Shown here: piece after piece, positions 1-14,122 of the stretch
How the letters are laid out: each line of letters opens with the position of its first letter
Numbering within the stretch: position 1 is the first letter of the stretch
Assembly: GCA_051599415.1 (NCBI GenBank)
Contig: AP039715.1
Location: 434,001 to 498,000, forward strand
DNA: 64,000 nt
Direction of reading: 5' to 3'
From: Savitreella phatthalungensis
Lineage: Eukaryota
Program-made: the position numbers and the translations under genes
The notes under the pieces: generated by a model
What the model saw: the letters and a program-made list of their open reading frames with translations, nothing else
What the model was told of the DNA's origin: nothing
The model's database searches: none

Positions 1-295
1 TTGACACGCCAGCAGTACTCCGCTACCTAAGAATAGAAACACGGGAGGTGCCAAGATCTCTGTGTTTAACACAACTTAACAGAAAAAGCAGTGTGGGCGC
101 GCTTCTTGCACGACGACCGAGGGACAAATGACCTGAAAAGCTAACGCCCGAGTTTCTGCTTGTCGAAAGCCGAACGCGCTTTGCAGACAGCGCCGACACG
201 CCGATATGCTCAGAACGGTCTCACATCTCGACGCATCTTGAGCTCTTGTTTATCCGGTTTGAATAGTCCTGTATTTCCCACGAGTTGAGTTCGAG

Positions 296-2704
296 ATGAG
301 GTCTGTTGAACAGAAAGCTATTCCAACTCATCCAGAATGCCGCGCAAATCGAGCTTCTGCTGTACATGAGAAGTCGCTGCGTGCCACGGAACTCGCTCGC
401 CAGGATACGGTGTTTCTTCAGGAAAGACTACAGAGTTTGAGTTGTCAAGCTTTTGCAGCTGAATCGGATCATGCGAGTCTGTCGATGTATCCAGGATACA
501 GAACCTCAAGCAGTGTCGACACCGGCCTTGCAGAGAGCCTTCTACCGAAAGCGACCAGGCGGCCTTCAGAAGAGCTGCCTGAACAGTACGGATGTCAGCA
601 ACAGGCACAGGGAGGTCAGAGCTTACAATCGGTCGGCAAGACCAATCCGAGACGCCCGACACGTAAGCCTGTCGGCCTCAACCGAATGGACGCTGTTCGG
701 CCGTTTTCTCCACTTTACTTCTCCAGCTTTACGCCTGAGCCCGCCCGTCTTGCTGTGCTTCGCAGGGGTCGTGAGATCAGATCCGTTGATCCTCAATTGG
801 ACCACTCCTCCTCTTCAGGTATCAAAGGACAGTCACAAGTTGTACCCTTCGGCCAGATTGCTCGAATACACGCGCTCCCGACTCCGGAAGAATTTCGCAG
901 GGAGCTACTTGGGCAGAGTCTCCGTGCTCCTTCTTCACCAAGTCTCGATCAGCGAAGCACCTCTTTGCAGGCCAGTCCTTCCTCAGTCGCCAGTTCGCAG
1001 TTACGTGTCGCAGTACCACCCGGCTTTTCGGATAGCTTGTTGACATCACCGACTCCACCGTCGTGGTCTGCGAGCGAGGCGCGCAAACGCTCGCCGCCGT
1101 ACGATCAGACGAAGGGAGGTCTCAGCGAAGGGAGTCCTCCGTCAAGGGAGAAGGATCTTGCAGAATCGTCGCATACTGAACCCCAGAATCAAAGCTGCCG
1201 AACATCCAATGACCCATCCGGAGTTCCCGCTGCATCGCAACTATCCATACAGCAGCTGGCGTGCAGTGCTGCACGTCCTCCTTCTCCCATCTTGGAGAAC
1301 GAGCTCTTGCATACGGTCAAGCATTTGCCTGAACGACCAGTCTTCTGTCCGCCGTCCTCGACAGAGGGTCGCTTCCAGCCGTCGATCTTGGTCAAGACAT
1401 CGAAATTGCGGTTGAGGCTTCTGCTTGCTGAACAGACCGTCGTGGCCGGAGCCGAGGTCTTCGGTCATTTCAATGTGGTCTTTGATGAGGGACTGCGTGC
1501 CAAGCTCGGGAGTACTGAAGTACTGATTGGTGAAATTGGAGTCGAGCTCATTGGATTTGAGGAGACTCAGAGGACTAATGATGGACACGAGGATCACGCT
1601 TTCACGTTCTTGTACACAAAACAGCTCTTTCAGAGACGCGCGGAAGTGCATCCTGTTATGGCTGCCAGCTCTCAAATCCTGACGGACGCGGTGACCGCAA
1701 ATCCGCCTCCCGACGGAGACGGGTTTTGGCGACCCACGAGAGGTACCACATCATTTCCATTTTCATTTGCTGTTCCGAGGGATTGCACCTCGAGCGGGAA
1801 CTTCGGTCTTTGCAGCGTCCGATACGCCGTCACTGCATTCGTTCATTGTAAGCTGCAAGGTAACGTCGAGACCATAGCTGTGACGGAGGAAGTGCGCATT
1901 TGCGAGCTGTGGGACAAGGGCAATCCGGCATATGATCAGGTCAGCTACGGTAGAGTCGGCCGTCCGATCGCGAATTACGAAGAAGTCTTCATCGAAGCTT
2001 CCCTCGACAGGAGCCTATTTGTTGAGGGCGAGGACGTGAAAGGATCAATTCGAGTGCTAAACAACTCTCGGCACAAGGTTCGCGAGGTCAAACTGTTGCT
2101 TTCGAACCATGTGACCTTCTTTGCTGACCATCGTGCTTTACCAAACGATCCAGACCTGACAGAGGGTCAAGTCGGATCGAGCACGACAGATCGAATCGGA
2201 GTTGACTCTGCCGCACCTTCGCGCACAGCACTGGGTGCTTTTGCAGGACCTCGAGATGATAAGCACTACGACCTGCCACAGCATTCGTTTACAGAAGCGA
2301 GAGTCATCTCGAGGGGAGAGGATCAGACTTGGTCGTTCACTCTTCCATTGTCCACGGACGGGAGCCTTGTCTCGATACGTAATGCTGCTCTTTTTGATGT
2401 CGCACCGCAGCTCTGCATCAGGATCAGCCGCGGTCCATTACACAAATCAAGTAGGCTGCGTATGCCGCTGCTGTCGATTGCAGGAAAGGCGTCAATGCTC
2501 GACCCAGCTGCCCAGCCAAGATCCGGCGAGTTTTGGAAGAATTCCGTTGCTGCGACTGTTCCTTGCGACCCGTACACCTTCGTCCGGCTCATCAATATGC
2601 AACCTGCAGGTGTCCGTACCAAGGCTGGTTGTCAGACCATTCACCCGCAGTACTATCTAGATGCAAGAGCTCGCATACGAATCCTCGACCCCGCTTTTGT
2701 GTAG
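296..2704 (+). CDS. Arrestin-domain (alpha-arrestin-like) protein with long disordered N-terminus
   Basis: 802-aa ORF; arrestin-N-like segment (IGVELIGFEE...FPFSFAVP...SSGNFG..VRYAVTA) and arrestin-C-like segment (IEASLDRSLFVEGEDVKGSIRVLNNSRHKVREVKLLL). Confidence 0.7.
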   Translation: MRSVEQKAIPTHPECRANRASAVHEKSLRATELARQDTVFLQERLQSLSCQAFAAESDHASLSMYPGYRTSSSVDTGLAESLLPKATRRPSEELPEQYGCQQQAQGGQSLQSVGKTNPRRPTRKPVGLNRMDAVRPFSPLYFSSFTPEPARLAVLRRGREIRSVDPQLDHSSSSGIKGQSQVVPFGQIARIHALPTPEEFRRELLGQSLRAPSSPSLDQRSTSLQASPSSVASSQLRVAVPPGFSDSLLTSPTPPSWSASEARKRSPPYDQTKGGLSEGSPPSREKDLAESSHTEPQNQSCRTSNDPSGVPAASQLSIQQLACSAARPPSPILENELLHTVKHLPERPVFCPPSSTEGRFQPSILVKTSKLRLRLLLAEQTVVAGAEVFGHFNVVFDEGLRAKLGSTEVLIGEIGVELIGFEETQRTNDGHEDHAFTFLYTKQLFQRRAEVHPVMAASSQILTDAVTANPPPDGDGFWRPTRGTTSFPFSFAVPRDCTSSGNFGLCSVRYAVTAFVHCKLQGNVETIAVTEEVRICELWDKGNPAYDQVSYGRVGRPIANYEEVFIEASLDRSLFVEGEDVKGSIRVLNNSRHKVREVKLLLSNHVTFFADHRALPNDPDLTEGQVGSSTTDRIGVDSAAPSRTALGAFAGPRDDKHYDLPQHSFTEARVISRGEDQTWSFTLPLSTDGSLVSIRNAALFDVAPQLCIRISRGPLHKSSRLRMPLLSIAGKASMLDPAAQPRSGEFWKNSVAATVPCDPYTFVRLINMQPAGVRTKAGCQTIHPQYYLDARARIRILDPAFV

Positions 2705-2818
2705 GTCTGCTGCAAGTCCACATCATCGATAATCGACTTAAGCCGCAGGTTCGTTGCGCCCTACTAAATCATCAGATTGAAGCCCGTTCAAGTGAAAGAG
2801 CCTTGACGTTCATGATCC

Positions 2819-3160
2819 TTATTGTTGTTGCTCTCCAGGCTTCGTAGAGTTGCATGCTATGATCTTGATCTTGTCAGCAGTGACCGTTTCCTCATCGAAC
2901 TTGAAAGATGCAGCTTTGATGATGAAGGTCCAGACTTCATCGCAGAATCGATATGTGTCGAGATGACCTTTGAATGTGAGCTTGTTCTTGACCTTGTCAG
3001 CCAGCATTTCGGCAGCAATCCGGTCAAAATGAAATAGCACTTTCATTGCTAGCCGAGGGGCTAAACGGCCGGTCTGAATCATCTCGTCCAGAGTATCAGT
3101 GAGAGCGTTGCCGATCGATGTTGCTCGATATATCTCATAAAATTGCTGCGTTGAGCTCAT
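2819..3160 (-). CDS. TOA2: Transcription initiation factor IIA gamma (small) subunit
   Basis: [22 protein letters not shown]...[20 protein letters not shown]...[11 protein letters not shown] at 3160. Confidence 0.96.
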   Translation of the reverse strand: MSSTQQFYEIYRATSIGNALTDTLDEMIQTGRLAPRLAMKVLFHFDRIAAEMLADKVKNKLTFKGHLDTYRFCDEVWTFIIKAASFKFDEETVTADKIKIIACNSTKPGEQQQ

Positions 3161-3802
3161 CGTTGAGTGTCTCTTTGGCGCAAAGACAAGGATCGGACTT
3201 AGTGTGCTGTATCCAAGGCAGTCCACACTCGTGTCTTCGAAAATGCTTCTTCATACACCATGCATCGTTCAAATGACGGACTGCTTGCACAGGCTCTGCG
3301 AGGTCATCTGATCACCGGGCGTGATTCGCGAAACCCGAAAGCGGCGCAGGATGGCGTAAACTGAGATGTGAGCACGTCGCATTTTTTTGTAGGTGACACT
3401 GGTAACATAGAAATCTACGATATGATCATATATGCACGACAAAAAGGTATTTTTCTTTTGATATGTGGACAAATGCCGAGTGACATCGACACTTGATAAG
3501 CTGATGCTCATGCTTTGATGGTTGCGCAATCATGTCTCGCGACGATGTCAGTCGATTGCACCAGCGACCAGTGCATAAGCACATGTCACATGTATGACAT
3601 ACGAGGTAGTCTCGCGCTTGTTCCACATCTGCAGCATAATTTAGCAAAGTAATGAAATTATACCTATTTTTCCTGTCCGAAGATGTTAACTTTAGATGTA
3701 TGCATATACGCAGATCCTATGTGCGTGTGTACGATCTCGCGATATTTTTCAAGGAGGCCGAGCACAAACGACCTCTCTGTCCGGACTCTCTTGGCCACAA
3801 CT

Positions 3803-4126
3803 ATGTCGCGCTTCTCGCCAATCAATCCAAAGCCCTTCCTCAGCGACTTGCAAGGCTTGACAGTCGTGGTCTGTCTTAAATGGGGCCAGGAATACAGAGG
3901 CGTATTGCAGGCTTTCGACAGCTACTTCAACATTCAGCTACTTGAGACTGAAGAATTTCAGGACGGCATTAGCACAGGTGTGCTCGGGGAGGTACTGATC
4001 CGCTGCAATAATGTGCTCTGGATCTCTCAAGAGCCGGGAGTAGTAACAAACCATGGAACAGCCCGGGAGGGCTTGATTCAGGGCGATCGCGAGGCTACTG
4101 ACGAACAGACCGCCGCGGACTTATGA
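3803..4126 (+). CDS. SMX3: Small nuclear ribonucleoprotein SmF
   Basis: PINPKPFL...[22 protein letters not shown]...[17 protein letters not shown] at 3803; short acidic C-terminal extension. Confidence 0.95.
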   Translation: MSRFSPINPKPFLSDLQGLTVVVCLKWGQEYRGVLQAFDSYFNIQLLETEEFQDGISTGVLGEVLIRCNNVLWISQEPGVVTNHGTAREGLIQGDREATDEQTAADL

Positions 4127-4152
4127 ACCCGTGATGCGACGCATCGACACAT

Positions 4153-6015
4153 TTATACTGAGCTGTTCTCTATTTCTTGGAGTGATGACGCTACTGGGTC
4201 AGTGTGATTATCGCGTCGCTGTATCTCTCGCTGCAGGAGATTGCGATAGGCGATGCCGTAAGTTTGCAACAAAGATATACCAGCTCGAACGGCATGCCTA
4301 TGCGCGAATGGGTCCGAATCCGATATGACGAGCATTGTCAGGCGATGTACTGCCTCTACGTCGAGTATATGCGGTTTTGCGGCACAGATGTCAGCCAGAA
4401 GACGAACGCCGTGTGCACGCGCCGGAGCCTCTTCAGACTCGATGTCACGAAGCGCTATCTCAAGGTCACCTGAAGCAGTCGCCTCCCCAGTGGTCGACCA
4501 CTGCTCTGATAGTTCGCACCGGGATATCAAGACCTCGAGTCTAGACAAAGTAATATTGTGTAGCTCGAGAAACTCGCGACTAGGCTGCTGAGCGCGTAAT
4601 TGTCCGGCAATTTTGATCAAATACTTCAAGGTGTTCGATGTTATCCAGTCCGCTCGCGTCATCAAATCTCCAAAGACTTCGAAACCGAAAATAACATACA
4701 CCTGCTTAGGCGACCCGAGCCACTGGGACACCTGGTCCAGTACGCCTGGAGTTGGAGGAATAATTTGTTTGATATCGTCTCGATAGAGCGCTCTGATGAG
4801 CTCGATACGCTTCTGATCTGCTCTGCTCAACGACTCAACGCAGGCGGCAAAGAAAGTGAAGGCGGATTTGCGGTCATTGCGCAAGATGCGCGAGATCCAT
4901 TTGACGAGCATTGTAATATCGCTTTCGCGCTGTTGCGACATGTGTAGTATCTCGCGAGCTAGATCTTTCGTGGATGGACCACCGTTTGAGACAACGCGAA
5001 CAATTAGGCGTCCTGCAGCATCCCGTGTCGCGGTTCGACCGCTTTGCATAGATTTGAGTGCAGCATTCAGAACCTCTCGAAGCCTTTCTGCAGGACACAG
5101 ACCAGCTATCACGAGCTGCACATCTTTGGCCAGCTCTGCGATTTCCAATAATGCTACTGCAAGAGCAGCTTCGTCCTGTGCATCCCGGAGAGGTTGCCAG
5201 AGAACCCGAAGTATCGCGGGCTCTTGAACCAGGCGCGTGAAAATCAAAGTAACTGCTTTGGCTACATGCTTCTGAGACATGTCGCCGGACTGCCGGATGC
5301 GCATCAATTGAGTAGCGATGTTTTCGAAATAATCTGTCCTGGACATATTGACTGGGACTGAAGACACGAGGCGGAGGAGATGGTGATATTGTGCCTCGTT
5401 GACCAGACCTTGTGTATCTCGCTGCAGAATGTATTCGATGGTGCCATACAAGCCCTCAGAACTCAACAGGATAGCTGTCATTGCCGAAGCACTGGCTTTG
5501 CGCACCTCGATCGGCTCTGACGGTCTCGAAAGCGCGGAAAGCGTTGACAGTGCGCTGCTCTTCGGTAGACGCATCAGTAAGCGAGTGCCGGTCCCTGGCA
5601 TATCAACATTGAGCGCCAATGTAGCTTTGACAATCGTGATCAAGTGCGCATTGACCAGTATCCCGGCAACGATTGATGGACGAAAACACGCCTCCAAGAG
5701 GCGCTCTAGCTCATCAGCGTAGACGCAAGCCGGACTATCGGGCACTCGAGTGCAAACTATTTGCACTAGGCGACTGACGACATCGCTCACGGACTTGAGC
5801 TGCACCGTGCTGATACATGTGTCCTGTGAGAGGCTGGAAGCGCACCGAATATGTTCCAGCAACCCACTCGCTGCTGGAATTGAAAGATTCCGACTTTCTA
5901 GGCTTTGTAATGCGGTTTCGAGAGCAGCATCTAGCTCGGTTGTCATGTCGATACCAGCCGCAGTAGAGTTTTTAAGTACCGACCTGGGAGAATCTTGTTC
6001 TAGAGTGCATGTCAC
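4153..6015 (-). CDS. RTP1: RNA polymerase II assembly factor Rtp1/TANGO6-like helical-repeat protein
   Basis: Helical-repeat 620-aa ORF; RLVSSVP..MSRTDYFENIATQL and C-terminal ALRDIESEEAPARAHGVRLL...DSDPFAHRHAV resemble the Rtp1 conserved blocks. Confidence 0.65.
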   Translation of the reverse strand: MTCTLEQDSPRSVLKNSTAAGIDMTTELDAALETALQSLESRNLSIPAASGLLEHIRCASSLSQDTCISTVQLKSVSDVVSRLVQIVCTRVPDSPACVYADELERLLEACFRPSIVAGILVNAHLITIVKATLALNVDMPGTGTRLLMRLPKSSALSTLSALSRPSEPIEVRKASASAMTAILLSSEGLYGTIEYILQRDTQGLVNEAQYHHLLRLVSSVPVNMSRTDYFENIATQLMRIRQSGDMSQKHVAKAVTLIFTRLVQEPAILRVLWQPLRDAQDEAALAVALLEIAELAKDVQLVIAGLCPAERLREVLNAALKSMQSGRTATRDAAGRLIVRVVSNGGPSTKDLAREILHMSQQRESDITMLVKWISRILRNDRKSAFTFFAACVESLSRADQKRIELIRALYRDDIKQIIPPTPGVLDQVSQWLGSPKQVYVIFGFEVFGDLMTRADWITSNTLKYLIKIAGQLRAQQPSREFLELHNITLSRLEVLISRCELSEQWSTTGEATASGDLEIALRDIESEEAPARAHGVRLLADICAAKPHILDVEAVHRLTMLVISDSDPFAHRHAVRAGISLLQTYGIAYRNLLQREIQRRDNHTDPVASSLQEIENSSV

Positions 6016-6669
6016 GAAGCAGAGGTTGAATGCCTGTGCGGCTGTGAAGGGCTCGAAGTTTGCACCTTTTGCGCGTCCTTTTGCGCCGGACTGGACGCTT
6101 CAGGAATCAGAAAATTTCGCGCACCACTTCACAACCGGACATATGACTGCGCGAACATATAAACGACCGTGCGAGCGATCGAGAGCGACGTATTGGGTGG
6201 TTGTCCGATCACGGTCGATGAGTTGTCGGCAGCACAATCTGTCCGATATCACATGCTGAATTGTTCAACTGCGTTATTTGGTAATGAGCAATTTGCTCTG
6301 TGGATGAGTCCCCGATGATTGCACGCGTACACAATTATTGTAGCTTTCGTCAAAAGCAGCTTTGTCCGATTTCCTCACTGATATCGCTGTGCAATTACGG
6401 TCGGGAAGAGAACTATACCGGGGGTGCGATGTGCAGCCATCAAACGCTATGAGGGATAGTGAACTCTTGACATGCAGAGCTCGGGAGTTCTGGGGGCAAT
6501 GTCGTCGGGTCTATTCTCGCTATGTGCTGTTATCTGAACGTTCATACGCTCTGAAGTACACAAACTGCTGAACGCGAGTGTGATTAAAACTGATGTAATT
6601 TACATGCTAAAATTCCAGCAGTTTTGACATTTGAGAATTACGCATCGACTGCATGCATAGCCGTCTTAA

Positions 6670-9054
<2,385 letters not shown>

Positions 9055-9524
9055 CATGTAGGGTCTGTAACATATACTGTTGAGAGGATATAGTCACAAT
9101 ATCAAGTTCTCTGCGATCACGAAGCTAATGCGGTGTCCTGCGTGTCGTGGGATATGCGACTTGCGACATCATGTGACAAATTACCTCAGGCGAGAGTCCA
9201 GTATGTCACGCCACAACGCACAGCTGTTAGCCACAGCGCGCAATCCGACAGATGGTATTCCCCGGCCATCAGTCTGAATTAAATCAATCTGACGGACCTT
9301 GGACAGTGATACGCCGAACGCTGCAGGCGATTACCGAGACGCCGGGAGATTCTACCATAATCAGCTAAAATCGTAATTCCGTGGCGTTGCAAGGTTCTTG
9401 TCATTTACATTCATTTGATCGCAGGGGTAATTCATCCTTGAAGATGCGTATTGACGACAGCTTGTTTCAGGTTTGATTGTGCTGAAAACGCAATTGAAAC
9501 AGCCGTGACGTTGTGGCAGGACAG

Positions 9525-10523
9525 ATGCGAGAGATCAAGCCTGCTGCAGTGTGCGCGCTCGTGCGACGGACACTTGGGACCCCCGGAGTCATTCGTGACG
9601 AAAATCACGCTCTTGCACTTTTACTGAATGCCACACTCTTAGAGGATGGTTTACAGCTTGTGCGTATTGAGGACAGGCGGCTTGGGGAGCCAATGACAAA
9701 AGATTCCGTCAGCAATCACGCTGGAATACCGATTTATGGTGACAAGCGATTATCCCTAGAATACAGGCACACTGGTGGCAGCCTCGCTGTCGATGTTTTG
9801 GCCAGCGACGCGCATGAAGCAACCATCACAGTTGCTGATCGACAAGTGAAGGTTGATATCCGGCGCTTCGTAAGTGCAGGTCACCTTCCGTGGTCGGCGG
9901 ATTCGGAGATACCGCTAATGGAAGTATTTCACTCGATGTCCCTCGTAAAAGAATTTTCAAGGCTCTTTCAACAGCCTGATTCGGCTGCGCGAGCTCCGAC
10001 AGTATTCTCGACCAATGCAAGCATTATAGCAAAACGACAGACTGGCACATCTCAGGAGCCACCAAGAGTGGCTGCAAATGCCCTTGGCCATCAAAGATTG
10101 ACTGCAGCTGCTCCCGGAATACCCGAACAATCACGACCTCGACCGTCGGACTGGCCCCCGGATCTTGAGGATGAGCACCGAGCTCTTCAGGAGACCAGCT
10201 TAGTGTCCGCACCGCGGAGCGTAGTTTCGATCGGCGAGGATGATCTCAGGCCCCCAGGCATTGATTGTATGAGCCCATTTAGACACAGAGGCGGAGGGCA
10301 TCGGGGAATGTATCCGACGGCGGAGGACATCATCGTGCCACGCAGTAGATATGATTCATCTGGTGAGCGTGTCGGGCTACCACCGGCGGGTGCTCGCTAC
10401 GATCCAGTCTATCCTGGCGATGTGCTTGGCGACGCAAGACTGACGTCTCGAGATCCGTTCCAAGGTCACTCCAATGCGTCGGCGAGATCTCATGACGAGC
10501 TTGAGAAGTCGTTATTTAGATAA
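9525..10523 (+). CDS. PI31-type proteasome regulator
   Basis: Pro-rich C-terminal region with SIGEDDLRPPG, GMYPTAED and PPAGARYDPVYP motifs typical of PI31; start codon uncertain. Confidence 0.75.
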   Translation: MREIKPAAVCALVRRTLGTPGVIRDENHALALLLNATLLEDGLQLVRIEDRRLGEPMTKDSVSNHAGIPIYGDKRLSLEYRHTGGSLAVDVLASDAHEATITVADRQVKVDIRRFVSAGHLPWSADSEIPLMEVFHSMSLVKEFSRLFQQPDSAARAPTVFSTNASIIAKRQTGTSQEPPRVAANALGHQRLTAAAPGIPEQSRPRPSDWPPDLEDEHRALQETSLVSAPRSVVSIGEDDLRPPGIDCMSPFRHRGGGHRGMYPTAEDIIVPRSRYDSSGERVGLPPAGARYDPVYPGDVLGDARLTSRDPFQGHSNASARSHDELEKSLFR

Positions 10524-10759
10524 CGAGTGAGTGCATGTGCTACCCAGAGATGCGAAGTCTTGCAGAGGAAGCCACATCCTGATATTGCGCGTGCGTACAA
10601 ATTTATTAAAATGTCATGCATGACATGCGTTTTGCGACGCTTGCCATATGCATATTCAATCAACCATTATGATGACCGCAAGCTCCACTTGTTCCCAAGC
10701 TGCATGCCTCCACCATACAGGGACTTGGCCTGCAGCATCCTGTACAAAGTCATGCTCAG

Positions 10760-12199
10760 ATGATACATCAGTCATCGCCTGCAATGCTATTCGAACGAGG
10801 GCATGAGTTAGTTTCGTTCCGATGGGTCGCTGCCGCTGTGCTGCTGATCGAAGCCGGTATACTGTACACCATAATCCAGAATGTTAGCTATACAGAGATC
10901 GACTGGGCCGCATATATGGCACAAATTGAACAGATTGTTCATGGCCAGCGTGACTATGCCAAAATCAGGGGAGATACTGGCCCGTTGGTCTATCCAGCTG
11001 GACACGTCTATCTCTACAGCCTATTGTACTATTTCACAGATCGCGGGCAGGACATACGCTTCGCTCAATATGTGTTTGCCGGGTTTTATCTTCTCACTCA
11101 AGCCTTCACGATGGCTACATATGCACGGGCCCGTGCGCCTTGGTGGGTCCTACCATTTCTCGCTTGTTCAAAACGACTGCACTCGATATACGTACTTCGG
11201 CTTTTCAACGATGGGCCATGTTCCATGTTCGTGGCAATGGCACTGTTCTTCGTGACGCGGAGACAATTATCGCGAGCTACTGCAGCCTACTCCTTGGCTT
11301 TGAGCATCAAGATGGGTGCCTTACTTTACCTGCCCGGCCTCGTGCTTCTACTGCTCATGAACTGTGGTCCTCGGGGAACCGTCAAACATTTGGCAGTGAT
11401 TCTGGAATTGCAGATGCTACTGGCTGGACCATTCTTGCTCAGACATCCCAGAACCTATCTTCAGGGCGCTTTCGACTTCGGCCGCCAGTTTCTCTGGACC
11501 TGGACCGTGAACTGGCGATTCCTGAGTCCGGATATTTTCCAAGATCGGCGGTTTCAGAGCACATTGCTGGTCTTGCATGGCACGACGCTCTTCATTTTTG
11601 CCTGGTCAAGATGGTCCCGACCAGCCCGGCGGGGTTTGGCGAGTGTTGCAGCACTTTGTCTTCGATCTATCGTCACCTGGCCGAAAGACGTGTTGCAGGG
11701 TCAATCGCCCGGCGAAAAGCTTATTCCAAATGATGCGCGCCTGCTTGCGGATTATGCACTAACAACAATGCTGTCATCAAACCTGATCGGCATTCTCTTC
11801 GCCCGCTCTCTGCACTACCAGTTCTACAGCTGGTTTGCGTGGGGTATGCCATACCTTTGCTTCATCGCGACGCTCGACTCGGACGGCATGGCAACCATCA
11901 GCAATGTGCCCGAAAGAGGCCGACAATCGCGCATCACCAAGATGATGCTCCTGCAGCACTGGCTTTCCGTCGTTGCCCTCGCGGCTCCGCGCGTCATTCC
12001 ACTGTGCATCCTGGAAGCCTGTTGGCTCACGTTCCCATCGACACGGGCCTCCTCAGGCCTGCACTGTATGGTCTGTGCAATTATTCTGATCTGGGTTTGG
12101 GCCAGCTCAGCTACTCGCCCGACGCTCGTTCTCGAACCCACACGGTCACGGCTCAACACAGACTTAAGGTTAGCTACGCGCAAGCGCCCGCGCAAGTAG
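10760..12199 (+). CDS. ALG3: Dol-P-Man:Man5GlcNAc2-PP-Dol alpha-1,3-mannosyltransferase
   Basis: YTEIDWAAYM, GDTGPLVYPAGHVY, SKRLHSIYVLRLFND, WTVNWRF, FARSLHYQFYSW. Confidence 0.96.
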   Translation: MIHQSSPAMLFERGHELVSFRWVAAAVLLIEAGILYTIIQNVSYTEIDWAAYMAQIEQIVHGQRDYAKIRGDTGPLVYPAGHVYLYSLLYYFTDRGQDIRFAQYVFAGFYLLTQAFTMATYARARAPWWVLPFLACSKRLHSIYVLRLFNDGPCSMFVAMALFFVTRRQLSRATAAYSLALSIKMGALLYLPGLVLLLLMNCGPRGTVKHLAVILELQMLLAGPFLLRHPRTYLQGAFDFGRQFLWTWTVNWRFLSPDIFQDRRFQSTLLVLHGTTLFIFAWSRWSRPARRGLASVAALCLRSIVTWPKDVLQGQSPGEKLIPNDARLLADYALTTMLSSNLIGILFARSLHYQFYSWFAWGMPYLCFIATLDSDGMATISNVPERGRQSRITKMMLLQHWLSVVALAAPRVIPLCILEACWLTFPSTRASSGLHCMVCAIILIWVWASSATRPTLVLEPTRSRLNTDLRLATRKRPRK

Positions 12200-12259
12200 G
12201 CGCATCATTCAGAAGAAATCAGGAATTCTTCTCTATATATACATTGCTCGGTCGAATGC

Positions 12260-14122
12260 TCAGGATGATTTGCCAAGCATTTTCGCATTCTCAATCGCTG
12301 CCTGCGACTCTTTCACCAAGGTCTGCTTGTAGTCAGCGATAGACATGTCTAGCTTAATCACGTGCTTGTCTTTCACCTCCCAAAGCTCCTTGGCGAGTTG
12401 CCCAATCAGGCGGAAATCATGCGAGACAAGCACGACGCCACCTTGCCAATCCTTGCAAGCCCGGGCGAGCGCATCAATGGACTGGATATCAAGATGGTTG
12501 GTGGGCTCGTCCAAGAGCAGAATGTGAGGACGCTCAAGTGCTAGCATGCAGAAGACAACACGAGACTTCAAGCCATCCGAGAGAGTGCGGATTTCGCTTG
12601 TCTGGTGCAGGCCGGACAGTCCAAATCGACCGAGCCAAGCGCGCCAATAAGGCACATCCTGATTCGGATACTCGGGTTTGTACTTATCCATGATAAATTC
12701 GAGGGGTGACTTGTCGTATGGAAGCTGATCGGCGGAATGCTGCGAATACTTGGCGATCTTCAGACCAGCGTATCGAGACACGGATCCTTCGATAGGACTG
12801 AGCGCTCCAGTGACAAGATTTAGAAGTGTCGATTTGCCAGTGCCGTTTTTGCCGACAATCGCAACGCGAGAGTCCATGTCGATACCGAAGTCGAGTTTCT
12901 TGTACAGCGCATTTTCGATCTTGCCGTCGTATGAGAAGCCAACCTCATTGAAAGCGATGATTGGCGGTGGTAGTTTCGAGGTTTCCTGAAATTGGAATGT
13001 AATCGATTTGTCGATCACCACCTTCTCAACAAGTCCTGCGGCCTCCATCTTGTCAATGATCTTCTGTTTCGATTTCGCCTGTTTAACGAGGTTGGCATAA
13101 GTTCCGGCGGAAGCGATGAACTTCTTGATGTGAGCAATCTCCTCTTGCTGCTTCTCATATGCCTTCATCTGGTTGGTCTCGTTCTCAGCTTTCGTGCGCA
13201 TGTAAACGGTAAAGTTGCCGCCGTAATAATTGAGCTTCTTCTGACTTGTCAAGTCCATGATGTTTGTACAAACATTGTCGAGGAAGTCCTGCGAGTGTGA
13301 ATTGACGACAAGAATGTGATTGTAAGTGGCAAGATAAGTTTCGAGCCATACAACTGCTTCGAGGTCGAGGTGGTTTGTCGGTTCGTCCAGCAACAGCAAG
13401 GAAGGCTTGATAAAGAGTGCCTTTGCAAGTGCCACGCGCATGCGCCATCCTCCGGACATGTCTTTCGTCGGCTTTCCCAGCATTTTCTTATCAAATCCGA
13501 GTCCCCTCAAGATGGCTGATGCACGAGTCTCGAATGACGCCGGATCGAGGTCTTCCAGCTGTTCATATTTTGACTCCATCAGAACATCGTCCACCACGTC
13601 AGCGACAGAAAGCTGCTCAATTTCAGCCTCTAATTGCGCGACTCGCTCACGGGCAGACCCGATGATGTATTCGACCGCGTTGACATCTGCAGGCTCTGCC
13701 TCTGAATTCAGAAGATAGACATCAAGGTGTTCTGGAATTGGCACATCGCGAGCAAAGAGGGAATTAAGGAAGGTCGACTTGCCAGAACCATTGGCACCCA
13801 GAAGTCCGTATCGTTGACCCCAATTGAGCTCAATGGTCGCGTCCTCAATCAACAGTCGACCGTGGAAAGACAACGTATACTGTTCGATCTTGATGTCCCG
13901 CGATAACGGAAGCGAGGTAAGCACCCCTGTTGCAGTCCTTTCGAAACTGTTCGCGTCCTTGAGGGCATCTGCCAGTGCACTGACAGCTGCGTCTTCGCCA
14001 GGGCCAACAGGTGTGTTGCTGCCCTTAGGCGTGCTCTTCTTTGAGCTCGCCTTCTCTCCCTTAGCGGCCAGGCGAGCGGCCTTCTCGGCTTCACGCTTCA
14101 ATTTGGACGCGCTTTTCGACAT
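12260..14122 (-). CDS. ARB1: ABC-F family ATPase (ABCF2/Arb1)
   Basis: Two NBDs (GANGSGKS, SGGWRMRVALA, LLDEPTNHLD; GKNGTGKS, LSDGLKSR), linker FIASAGTYANLVKQAKSKQKIIDKM, no TM domain. Confidence 0.95.
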   Translation of the reverse strand: MSKSASKLKREAEKAARLAAKGEKASSKKSTPKGSNTPVGPGEDAAVSALADALKDANSFERTATGVLTSLPLSRDIKIEQYTLSFHGRLLIEDATIELNWGQRYGLLGANGSGKSTFLNSLFARDVPIPEHLDVYLLNSEAEPADVNAVEYIIGSARERVAQLEAEIEQLSVADVVDDVLMESKYEQLEDLDPASFETRASAILRGLGFDKKMLGKPTKDMSGGWRMRVALAKALFIKPSLLLLDEPTNHLDLEAVVWLETYLATYNHILVVNSHSQDFLDNVCTNIMDLTSQKKLNYYGGNFTVYMRTKAENETNQMKAYEKQQEEIAHIKKFIASAGTYANLVKQAKSKQKIIDKMEAAGLVEKVVIDKSITFQFQETSKLPPPIIAFNEVGFSYDGKIENALYKKLDFGIDMDSRVAIVGKNGTGKSTLLNLVTGALSPIEGSVSRYAGLKIAKYSQHSADQLPYDKSPLEFIMDKYKPEYPNQDVPYWRAWLGRFGLSGLHQTSEIRTLSDGLKSRVVFCMLALERPHILLLDEPTNHLDIQSIDALARACKDWQGGVVLVSHDFRLIGQLAKELWEVKDKHVIKLDMSIADYKQTLVKESQAAIENAKMLGKSS

